Source: a virus. Taken from it: a stretch of 64,000 nucleotides of DNA. The notes under the pieces are model-generated. The model saw nothing but the letters and a program-made list of their open reading frames with translations, was not told the origin of the DNA and ran no database searches. The position numbers and the translations under genes were made by a program. Shown here piece by piece: positions 1 to 8,741 of this stretch. The stretch spans positions 1 through 64,000 of the IMG/VR virus record IMGVR_UViG_3300028196_000006. One strand, written 5' to 3'. Position 1 is the first letter of the stretch, and every line of letters begins with the position of its first letter.

Positions 1-2320
1 AAATTTAATTCCTGATGTAACTGGAACTTATGATATAGGTTCTAATGGTCAACGTTGGGGAAACATGAATGTACAATCCATGTTAGGGTTGAATGATATC
101 ACCATCGATAACACAATTTCTTTATCGGGTGTTGCTGTTAACTTGGGTATTCAAAACAAATGGTATGTGAGTACAAATGGTACAGATCAACTGGCAGGTA
201 ATCACCCTAACTTTGCGTTTGGAACAATACGTCATGCATTGGCATACATTGAAGAAAGCACAGCAGGTCCACATGAATTACACATTTTACCTGGCACATA
301 CACAGAACAATTTCCATTAGAAGTGCCAGCAAATACCACAGTAAAAGGTTCAGGCATACGTTCAGTTACAATCAAACCAGATGTTCCAGGAAGATATCAA
401 GATGCATTTTTATTAAATGATGCATCAGTTGTAACAGATTTAACTGTCAAAGATTTCCATTATGATGCAAACACTGATCGTGGATACGGTTTTAGATTTG
501 CACCAAATGCCGGTATTGTTACAAAATCACCATACATACAAAATGTTTCAGTGGTAACACAAGGAGACACACGCACAGCAACTGACCCAAGAGGTTTCGA
601 TTCAGGTGACGCTGGTAGAGGTGCATTGGTAGATGGAGATGCATTAGACTCAGCATCACCAAGAGCATCAATGTTATTCAATGCTGTTACATTTATTACT
701 CCGGGTGCAGACGGTATTACTTGTAAAAATGATTCAAGAACAGAGATCATAAACTGCTTCACATATTTTGCAGACACAGGAATTAAATTATTAAGCGGAT
801 CAGAATCTAGAATTATAGGTTCTGCAAACGTATATGGTAACAAAGGTATCACAGCAGATGGTGTTGACACAAAAGCATATGCTATATCACACAACTTTGC
901 TTATATAGGCGCAGGCGGAGATGTAGAAAATGACGAGTCGTTATTGGATCAAACTAAAGAAACAGAACAATCCAACAGCGGTAGAGTTTATTTTGTCAGT
1001 CAAGATCAGAGTGGAGATTTTAGAGTTGGTGATAATTTTATTGTTGATTTAGGAAAAGGAACAACAAGTATAGATGTTGCTGACGGTGACTTGGGTGCGT
1101 CAACATTATCCGTTGGTGTTGCAGGCACAACCACATTGGTTGATGCTACAAAAATAGATGTACCAAATTTTAGAATTTCAAACAACACAATTCAAACATT
1201 AAACAACAGTTTATCGATAGGTGCTGTTGGATCATCCAATGCTGTAAATTTAACTGCAAATGTTTTGATGCCTAAAGTTGATATCACAGGCAATGCCACA
1301 ATAGGTGGATCAGGATTAAATTTTGGAAATGACGCTGGAGACACTGTGAATTTTGCAATGGATTTTGAACAAGATTTATTACCAAGTCAAGACACGCAGA
1401 GCAATATAGGTAGTGCAACAAAAAATTGGCGTACTACAAATTCAGCAAGAATAACTTTAGATAATATTGATATTCATAACAACACAATTCAAACCACAGA
1501 CACAAATTCACAATTAGAATTAAGAGCAAATGGCACAGGTGTAGTTAATTTAGGCACTGTTAGATTCAAAACAAATATATCATCTGCATCAGGAGATGTT
1601 GCATTTAGTGGAGGAACAGACAGCACATCAATCAACTCAACAAGTCATATGTTGCTACCATCAGGAACTTCAGCACAAAATCCTAATCAAGGAAATGCTA
1701 TAAGATTTGATTCAAGTATATCTGAGTTTGAATTATTTTCAACAGGTAAAATAGCACTGAATGGAATCAAAGATGGTGACCGAGACACTCAAATTGATTT
1801 AAGCAGTAACAAATTTACTTTTTACACAGCCAATGGATATGCAGGTGAAATAGACGGTTCGGGTAATTTAGTTGTGCCTAATTTTTCTAGCCAAGATCAA
1901 ATTGCCATCAATGGCAACACAATAGGTGTGGGCAGTGCCTCAAATCCTCAAGCAGGTTTCACAGCAAACGGGACTGGAAAAGTGGTGCTAGACACTGCTA
2001 ATCTTCAAATTTCTGGATCAGTTATTGAGAACAAATTAGTCAACCAAGATATCACATTCACAGGAACAGGGTTAAAACAAAACAGAACCATAGAGTTTAA
2101 TTCAACCAACGGATATATAGGACCATTTGGAACAACTGCACAACGTGATGCCACAGTTCCTAGACAAGGAGCAATATGGTGGAACTCAGACAGTGGTCTT
2201 TTAGAAGTGTATGCTGGAGCAGTAGATGGGTGGGTTAGTTCCATTGGTGTACAAGCAATCACCGTGACAGACGAAATTGCGGCTGAACTCAATGTGGTGT
2301 ACAACCTTATATTAAACTAG
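1..2320 (+). CDS. Virion structural/tail-fibre protein with beta-helix (pectin-lyase-like) region; 5'-truncated; paralog of 2496..6227
   Basis: Frame is open from base 2 (NLIPDVTGTYDIGSNGQRWGNM), so the true start lies upstream of the window. Shares YVxTNGxD...PGTYTExFPL, SPYIxN and DxxGDFRVGD blocks with the next gene. Confidence 0.7.
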   Translation, partial: NLIPDVTGTYDIGSNGQRWGNMNVQSMLGLNDITIDNTISLSGVAVNLGIQNKWYVSTNGTDQLAGNHPNFAFGTIRHALAYIEESTAGPHELHILPGTYTEQFPLEVPANTTVKGSGIRSVTIKPDVPGRYQDAFLLNDASVVTDLTVKDFHYDANTDRGYGFRFAPNAGIVTKSPYIQNVSVVTQGDTRTATDPRGFDSGDAGRGALVDGDALDSASPRASMLFNAVTFITPGADGITCKNDSRTEIINCFTYFADTGIKLLSGSESRIIGSANVYGNKGITADGVDTKAYAISHNFAYIGAGGDVENDESLLDQTKETEQSNSGRVYFVSQDQSGDFRVGDNFIVDLGKGTTSIDVADGDLGASTLSVGVAGTTTLVDATKIDVPNFRISNNTIQTLNNSLSIGAVGSSNAVNLTANVLMPKVDITGNATIGGSGLNFGNDAGDTVNFAMDFEQDLLPSQDTQSNIGSATKNWRTTNSARITLDNIDIHNNTIQTTDTNSQLELRANGTGVVNLGTVRFKTNISSASGDVAFSGGTDSTSINSTSHMLLPSGTSAQNPNQGNAIRFDSSISEFELFSTGKIALNGIKDGDRDTQIDLSSNKFTFYTANGYAGEIDGSGNLVVPNFSSQDQIAINGNTIGVGSASNPQAGFTANGTGKVVLDTANLQISGSVIENKLVNQDITFTGTGLKQNRTIEFNSTNGYIGPFGTTAQRDATVPRQGAIWWNSDSGLLEVYAGAVDGWVSSIGVQAITVTDEIAAELNVVYNLILN

Positions 2321-2357
2321 TATAAATTAACCTTGTACAATATAATACCAAAAGCAC

Positions 2358-2365
2358 GATAAATA
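2358..2365 (+). promoter_or_regulatory. T4-type late promoter (GATAAATA)
   Basis: Variant of TATAAATA; the same xxTAAATA core recurs before most structural genes in the window. Confidence 0.65.
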
Positions 2366-2372
2366 ATACTAA

Positions 2373-2489
2373 TGCAGAGTCCGACCAGATTCAGCAGGAC
2401 AAACCGTGGTACAACCGGCGAAGAACTTATGAATAACGTAAGGTGAAAATTAGGTTGGTGGGACAAGATCCCCGTGCTATAAAGGAGCA
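2373..2489 (+). ncRNA. Putative structured 5'-leader RNA (four hairpins plus pseudoknot)
   Basis: GC-richer island in AT-rich intergenic DNA. Hand-folded stems at 2373-2396, 2405-2420, 2426-2442 and 2460-2472; loop CCGACC (2381-2386) is complementary to GGTTGG (2453-2458). Confidence 0.5.
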
Positions 2490-2495
2490 AAAACA

Positions 2496-5400
2496 ATGGC
2501 TGTAGGTCGAATATCAGGTCAGCTCTTGAAGTCCAATCTTCTGCGTAATGGAGCAGATTTGGCGTTCGAGACGAACTTGTTATACATTGATGTTAATAAC
2601 AACAGGATTGGTGTTAAGACCAGCACTCCTCAATATCCGCTAGATATAAACGGAACAGCACGTACAACAAATGCAGAAGTTACTGGACAAGCAGTCGTAG
2701 GCAATATCACAGTAACTGGCAACACAATTTCAACAACACAATCAGCACTAAATTTTTCAGCCGCAGACGGCATTGTGTACAACAACGAAATTCATGTAGA
2801 TGATCTTGTAATCACTAACAACACCATTAGAGCAACTGACACCAATCAAAATTTTGAGATTGTAACCAGTGGAACAGGCGTTGTAGATATTATAGGTAAC
2901 ACAGAAGTACAAGGTAACATACACGCAACAGGAAACATCAGAGCAGACGGTAACATAACTATTGGTGATTCTGATACAGATTCTATCACAATCAATGCTG
3001 ATATTACGTCAAACATTATACCTGATGCTTCAGACACATACAGTTTAGGAACACCAACAAAACGTTGGAATAATGCATATGCTAACAATTTGACTGTGGA
3101 CAATTTAGCACTGTCTGGAAACATATCGGTACAAGGGTTAGATTTAACAGCACGTCCAGGCAAAGTGTTGTATGTAGCAACCAACGGTGATGATTCTAAT
3201 TCTGGAACACACCAAAATGATCCTTATGCTTCAATAGAACAAGCATTGTCAGTGGCTGTTGCCGGAGATCATGTTTACATTTATCCAGGCACATACACAG
3301 AAGATTTTCCATTAACTATTCCCACAGGAGTTAGTATTAGAGGTGATGGAATTAGAGCAGTAACAGTTCAACCAAGTGTGACCACAAACAGTAATGATGC
3401 TTTTATATTGAACGGTGAAACAACAGTTGAAGATTTAACTATTACAGGTTTTTATTACAACAGTGGAACAAACACAGGACATGCATTTAGATTTAATCCA
3501 ACAGGTGCAGACGATTCAACAGGATTTCAAGTAACATCAAGATCACCTTACATTAGAAACACCACTGTAATTACATCAGGTTCAGTTACAACAGCAAATG
3601 ATCCTAGAGGATTTGGATCTGCTGATGCTGGAAAAGGTGCATTATTGGATGGTTCTGTGGCAACACCGGCATCCAACGAAGCAGGTTGTTTATTTCAAAA
3701 TGCAACATTTATTACTCCAGGTGTTGATGCGATCACACTTACAAACGGTGTAAGAATAGAATGGTTAAACAGTTTCACATATTTTGCGGCAAGAAGTATC
3801 TATGCTGTTGACGGTGCAACTGGATTGGCTGACGATGGTAAAACACAATTAAGACTTTCAGGTTTTGCAGGAACGCCAATTGCGGCAGGACAGGTTATAT
3901 CATACTACGACACAGACAATGTAACTCAACTGGCATCAGGCACTGTTGAATCTGTAGATGGAGATAAAATTATAATTGATGGGAAATCAACAGGATTTGC
4001 AATGCCACCAGAAACAACAGGCAAACAGATCACTGCTAACGGTGATGCAAAACTAGATACGTCTGTTAAAAAGTTTGGACAATCCAGTTTGCTTTTAGAT
4101 GGTGTAGGAGACAGTGCATCTATTTCAACAACAGCAGATTTTGGATTTGGTACAGGAGATTTTACAATAGAATTTTGGGCATATCCAACACAACTCCAAT
4201 CAACAACACTATTTGATTTTAGAAACAATGCATCAATTGAGTATTCATTGATGTTGTACATGACCAACAACGGTCCAAAACTTTATATTAATGGAGCAAA
4301 TATAATCATAGGAAGTCAAGGTTTCAATCTTAATGTTTGGACACATTTCTCGTTAGTAAGAAGCAGTAACACTGTGACAATGTATGTTGCGGGACAAAAT
4401 GTTGGAACGGCAACAGTTGCAAATGATTTAGGTGCGGCGAAACCACTTGTGATGGGTAACAACTATGATGCCAATAATGGTTTTATTGGAAACATGGACG
4501 ACTTCATAATTTATAAAGGTTCAGCAATACGTTCAGGAAACTTTACTCCGCCAACAACAGAAGTAATTGGAAATCCTGACACTGTGTTAGTAAGTAGATT
4601 TAATGGTCCAAACTTAACAACTAAATTTTTAGACACAAACATAGCAATTCAAGACATTAGAACATCAGCAGGAGCAACAGCAACAAACTTTACTCTGGTT
4701 GATTATACAGACTTTGGAGCAGAAGTAAGATCAATTGCATCTGCATCTATCTACGGAACATACGGTGCTGTGGGTGATGGTGTTGGTGTAAAAATGTATT
4801 TGATTTCACACAACTTTGCTTACATTGGAAATGATTACGAAGTTGATAACGATGCAACAACAGTGATTCAAGCCAACGAAGTTATCACAAACAATAACGC
4901 AAAAATTTATTATTCATCAGTTGACCATAAAGGTGACTTTAGAGTTGGTGATCAATTTTATGTTAATCAAGAAACAGGACAAGTTGCGTTTACATCAGCA
5001 TCACTTAACATAGATGTTGATCAAGCATTAACATTTACATCAGGACCCAATGTTACAGTTATATCAGGAGATAAAATTGAAACAGGAAATGTTCAAATAT
5101 CTGGAAATAATATCACAACGACATCAGGAGATTTAAATATTGATTCATTTAACAATCAAATTAATTTTGTTGATGATGTAAACATTACTGGAAATTTAGA
5201 TATTACAGGAGATATCACAATAGGTGGAAATGTTACAATAGGTGACGAAACAACAGATTCAATTAACATCACAGCAGGTATTAGTTCTGATATTGTTCCT
5301 GCACAGGATAATATTTACAATGTTGGTTCATCTACAAAAAGATGGAACACAATATTTGCCAATGAAGCACAAATAGACAGTGTTAACATTAAAGGAAATT

Positions 5401-6227
5401 TAATTCAAAGTAATAATACAAATGCTGATTTAGATTTAAGATCAAGTGGAACTGGTGGAGTAAGAGTTGAAAACTTCTCAGTATCAGGAGATACAATGAC
5501 AAACGATTCAGGAGACTTCATAGTTAATCCTGCTTCGGGTGTGTTTAGAGTTGACGGTACTGGATCTGTTAGAATTCCAACAGGTACAACTGCCCAAAGA
5601 CCAGGTTCTGCATCAGCAGGTATGATGAGATACAACACAGATGATTCAGTGTTTGAAGGATACAACGGAACAAACTGGTTGGCATTGTCTGGTGTTTATG
5701 ACCTTGACAAAGACACATACATCACTGCTGAGGCTACACCAGGTGCAGATGATGACACAATCAGATTTTATGCTGGCGGAGTTTTGGTAGCAAATGTTAA
5801 TCCAACAAGGTTCGATGTCACATCTTTACAAGTAGATGACATAACAATCAGTGGAAATACTGTAACAACCACAGGAACTGACCAAGATTTGATCCTGAAT
5901 GCTCAAGGAAATGGTAGCATTAGAATTGAAGACTTCAAGTTTGAAGGAAATGCGATAACTAATATTATATCTAGTCCGATTGTATTAAAAACAACTGGAA
6001 CGGGATATATTGATGTGTCAGATTCTGGTGGGTTTGTACTTCCGGTTGGAACAACAGCAAACAGACCGTTTACGCCTTTAGTAGGTATGATACGTTACAA
6101 CACCGCAGATCAACGTGTTGAATTGTATGATGGTAGTTCATGGGGTTCAATCGCAGGTTCATCAGGTGCTGTAAGTATTATTGACGCAACAGAAATAGCA
6201 GTGGAATACGCACTGGCATTAGGATAG
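2496..6227 (+). CDS. Virion structural/tail-fibre protein, 1243 aa, with beta-helix and inserted LamG/concanavalin-A-like lectin domain
   Basis: AAGGAG SD. LamG-like segment (FGTGDFTIEFWAY...WTHFSLVR...FIGNMDDFIIY) at ~4030-4610; PxGTTAxRP...GMxRYN fibre motifs; ends YALALG. Confidence 0.75.
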   Translation: MAVGRISGQLLKSNLLRNGADLAFETNLLYIDVNNNRIGVKTSTPQYPLDINGTARTTNAEVTGQAVVGNITVTGNTISTTQSALNFSAADGIVYNNEIHVDDLVITNNTIRATDTNQNFEIVTSGTGVVDIIGNTEVQGNIHATGNIRADGNITIGDSDTDSITINADITSNIIPDASDTYSLGTPTKRWNNAYANNLTVDNLALSGNISVQGLDLTARPGKVLYVATNGDDSNSGTHQNDPYASIEQALSVAVAGDHVYIYPGTYTEDFPLTIPTGVSIRGDGIRAVTVQPSVTTNSNDAFILNGETTVEDLTITGFYYNSGTNTGHAFRFNPTGADDSTGFQVTSRSPYIRNTTVITSGSVTTANDPRGFGSADAGKGALLDGSVATPASNEAGCLFQNATFITPGVDAITLTNGVRIEWLNSFTYFAARSIYAVDGATGLADDGKTQLRLSGFAGTPIAAGQVISYYDTDNVTQLASGTVESVDGDKIIIDGKSTGFAMPPETTGKQITANGDAKLDTSVKKFGQSSLLLDGVGDSASISTTADFGFGTGDFTIEFWAYPTQLQSTTLFDFRNNASIEYSLMLYMTNNGPKLYINGANIIIGSQGFNLNVWTHFSLVRSSNTVTMYVAGQNVGTATVANDLGAAKPLVMGNNYDANNGFIGNMDDFIIYKGSAIRSGNFTPPTTEVIGNPDTVLVSRFNGPNLTTKFLDTNIAIQDIRTSAGATATNFTLVDYTDFGAEVRSIASASIYGTYGAVGDGVGVKMYLISHNFAYIGNDYEVDNDATTVIQANEVITNNNAKIYYSSVDHKGDFRVGDQFYVNQETGQVAFTSASLNIDVDQALTFTSGPNVTVISGDKIETGNVQISGNNITTTSGDLNIDSFNNQINFVDDVNITGNLDITGDITIGGNVTIGDETTDSINITAGISSDIVPAQDNIYNVGSSTKRWNTIFANEAQIDSVNIKGNLIQSNNTNADLDLRSSGTGGVRVENFSVSGDTMTNDSGDFIVNPASGVFRVDGTGSVRIPTGTTAQRPGSASAGMMRYNTDDSVFEGYNGTNWLALSGVYDLDKDTYITAEATPGADDDTIRFYAGGVLVANVNPTRFDVTSLQVDDITISGNTVTTTGTDQDLILNAQGNGSIRIEDFKFEGNAITNIISSPIVLKTTGTGYIDVSDSGGFVLPVGTTANRPFTPLVGMIRYNTADQRVELYDGSSWGSIAGSSGAVSIIDATEIAVEYALALG

Positions 6228-6234
6228 GAAAAAT

Positions 6235-6567
6235 ATGGCAACAAATTTTAGAAACTCTGTAACAAAAAGTATAGGAACTGTGACTGCGGCTGTTTATGAA
6301 GCCTCACCAGGATCATACACAACAATCATTGGAATGGTTTTAGCAAACTTAACAGAATCAGTTGTGGAAGCCAGTGTAACATTAACAGCAACTCCAGATT
6401 CAGTTACAGGATTTATTGTAAAAGATGTTTTGATTGCACCAAACTCTAGTTTACGTGTGTTAAACTCAGGAGAAAAATTAATTGTGGCAAGTCAAAACAG
6501 TTTAAATGTAAAATCAAACATCAACGACTCATTAGATTGTGTGTTGAGTTATGTGGAGATAACATAA
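6235..6567 (+). CDS. Small virion protein, 110 aa; distant paralog of 19314..19634
   Basis: Follows a fibre gene directly; beta-rich pattern (VYxxxxxxxTxxxxxxxxN...L.V.S...S.xE) shared with 19314..19634. Confidence 0.6.
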   Translation: MATNFRNSVTKSIGTVTAAVYEASPGSYTTIIGMVLANLTESVVEASVTLTATPDSVTGFIVKDVLIAPNSSLRVLNSGEKLIVASQNSLNVKSNINDSLDCVLSYVEIT

Positions 6568-6568
6568 G

Positions 6569-7030
6569 ATGTCAAACACAGTTGGACAGGATACTTCCGT
6601 ATATCTTCAAAATGGTATCAAAGACAGATACTTTTATGGATTACGAAGAACCGATGAGGGAACATTATTCATTGGTAAAGTTGACCAATTGGCGGCAAAC
6701 GATCCTGTGGCAATAAACAATCCAGGAAATATTGATGACAACTTTAAAGAGTTTGATCAAGGTTATGATTTTTATGAAGGCAGAGATTTGAACCACGCAA
6801 AACCATTTAAAAATTTAAGATACGAACAATTTAGATGGGATGATGTAAATCTAAATTATTATATTAATCCAGAGGGTGAACTGGTAGTTAGAATTAACAG
6901 TAATGTCGCTGACGGAGAAATTACATATCCGCAAACTGATGAAACTGTGATTGTAGAACAAACTGTATTCACTTTAGATAAAACAAATTACTTAATGGAC
7001 AGTAATGAAATAACATTCGATAGAGGATAA
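6569..7030 (+). CDS. Hypothetical virion-associated protein; paralog of 8339..8713
   Basis: Both contain RYFYGLRRTD, PGNIDxN, DFxEGRD, NLxYEQxxWD and YYxNxEGELV. Confidence 0.65.
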   Translation: MSNTVGQDTSVYLQNGIKDRYFYGLRRTDEGTLFIGKVDQLAANDPVAINNPGNIDDNFKEFDQGYDFYEGRDLNHAKPFKNLRYEQFRWDDVNLNYYINPEGELVVRINSNVADGEITYPQTDETVIVEQTVFTLDKTNYLMDSNEITFDRG

Positions 7031-7045
7031 AGTAGGAGAAAACAT

Positions 7046-8332
7046 ATGACAAGACAACTTATAAACACTGGTATTATTCCAAATGACGGTCAAGGTGATT
7101 CGTTAAGAGATGCTGGTGGAAAAATGAATAACAATTTTCAAGAATTGTACACAGCTCTTGGAAACGGAACAGCCTTAACAATAGTCAATAATAATTTGAT
7201 TACTGCCACAGGTGCAAACAAAATAACTTTTTTATATCAAACTCTAGCAGATTTACCAGATGCGGCAACGTATCATGGAATGTTTGCTCATGTACACGGT
7301 GAGAATGCTTCCTACTATGCTCACTCAGGTGCCTGGGTAAAAATTGCAGATGCAAATAAATCTATCGGAATGTTTTCAGATGTCGATTTTTCGGCGGCGG
7401 CGACTAACGGACAAGCATTAATTTATGATTCAGGTTCACAAACTTGGAAACCAGGTGATGTTTCAGCAGGTGGCGGTGGAGGAGGAGGTGCAACTTCATT
7501 TCTTGGATTAACAGACACTCCAGTAACATACTCTGGACTAGCAGGCGGCTTTTTACAAGTTAATGGTACGGCTGATGGATTACAAATTGTTGCGGCATTT
7601 TCAATTGACAAACTTTCAGATGTTGACACAACAACAACTACTCCAACTTCAGGACAAGTATTAAAATGGAATGGAACAAAATGGGTACCAGGTGATGATG
7701 CAACCAGTGGCGGTGGTGGAACTGATGCTGACACATTGGACGGATTAGATAGTACATATTATTTAAATTACAATAACTTGAACAACAAACCAAGTGTTCC
7801 AACATCAATATTAACATTAACAGACACTCCAGCAACTTTTTCAGGTTCAGCAGGAAGAACTGTTAAAGTAAACGCAGGTGGAACTGCTTTAGAATTTGTA
7901 GCAGACGCAGGTGGCGGAGCAAGTACTCTTAACGACTTAACTGATGTAACAATATCAACACCAGCTCAAGGTGATGTGTTGTATTACAACGGTACAGGTT
8001 GGGTTAAACAAAACGGTCCAACAATGAGATGGGACGTTGGAGCCGCAGGTTCATCTAATTACACGTTCACAGGTCCAGGATTTGCAAGTGCAACAAACGA
8101 TCCTGTGTTATATTTGATGAGAGGACACACTTATATTTTTGTAAATGGAACAGGTTCTAGTCATCCATTTGAATTTAGAGTATCAAACGGTGGTGCAGAA
8201 TATTCATCAGGAGTGAGTGGAAGCAAAACAGGAACGCAGGTTTTAGAAGTTCCTATGGATGCTCCAAGCACACTTTATTATCAATGTACAATTCATTCAG
8301 CAATGGGTAACACAATCAACATAGTGAGTTAA
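7046..8332 (+). CDS. Baseplate/fibre protein with T4 gp9/gp10-like N-terminus, LxDV repeats and C-terminal cupredoxin-like domain
   Basis: N-terminal INTGxxPNDGxGDSLRxAGxKxNxNFxELY; repeats LxDVxxxxxxxGQxLxWxGxxW; C-terminal HPF...YYQCTIHSAMG. Confidence 0.7.
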   Translation: MTRQLINTGIIPNDGQGDSLRDAGGKMNNNFQELYTALGNGTALTIVNNNLITATGANKITFLYQTLADLPDAATYHGMFAHVHGENASYYAHSGAWVKIADANKSIGMFSDVDFSAAATNGQALIYDSGSQTWKPGDVSAGGGGGGGATSFLGLTDTPVTYSGLAGGFLQVNGTADGLQIVAAFSIDKLSDVDTTTTTPTSGQVLKWNGTKWVPGDDATSGGGGTDADTLDGLDSTYYLNYNNLNNKPSVPTSILTLTDTPATFSGSAGRTVKVNAGGTALEFVADAGGGASTLNDLTDVTISTPAQGDVLYYNGTGWVKQNGPTMRWDVGAAGSSNYTFTGPGFASATNDPVLYLMRGHTYIFVNGTGSSHPFEFRVSNGGAEYSSGVSGSKTGTQVLEVPMDAPSTLYYQCTIHSAMGNTINIVS

Positions 8333-8338
8333 TAGAAC

Positions 8339-8713
8339 ATGGCACAAGTATTTGGCGTAGGCATAGACGAATTACAGAAGACACTGGCAAACAATAGATA
8401 TTTCTATGGGTTGCGTAGAACAGATGTAGGCGATTTGTACATGGTGAAATCAGATTTATTAAAACTAGAAGATGGAGTTCAATTGAATAGACCAGGAAAT
8501 ATTGATGAAAACTACAATAATTGGAGTAGAGGAGAAGACTTTTTTGAAGGTAGAGATCAACAACACAGAAAAAATTATCCAAATTTGGTGTACGAACAGT
8601 ACAAATGGGATGGTAGAAACCTGTTTTATTATGTGAATAGTGAAGGTGAATTAGTATTAAAAGTTAACGAGGCTCATACATATCTAGGATATGTAGAACC
8701 TTATAATGGTTAA
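8339..8713 (+). CDS. Hypothetical virion-associated protein; paralog of 6569..7030
   Basis: Shares the motifs listed for 6569..7030. Confidence 0.65.
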   Translation: MAQVFGVGIDELQKTLANNRYFYGLRRTDVGDLYMVKSDLLKLEDGVQLNRPGNIDENYNNWSRGEDFFEGRDQQHRKNYPNLVYEQYKWDGRNLFYYVNSEGELVLKVNEAHTYLGYVEPYNG

Positions 8714-8716
8714 GGA

Positions 8717-8724
8717 AATAAATA
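8717..8724 (+). promoter_or_regulatory. Late promoter (AATAAATA)
   Basis: ATAAATA core upstream of 8742. Confidence 0.55.
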
Positions 8725-8741
8725 CATATAGGAATTAGTCA

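Noticed and set aside
2418-2450. Hammerhead-like core (GCGAAGA-stem-GAAA) within the leader RNA
   Set aside because: It lacks the CUGANGA consensus (no C3-G8 pair), and I could not build stems I and III with a cleavage triplet.
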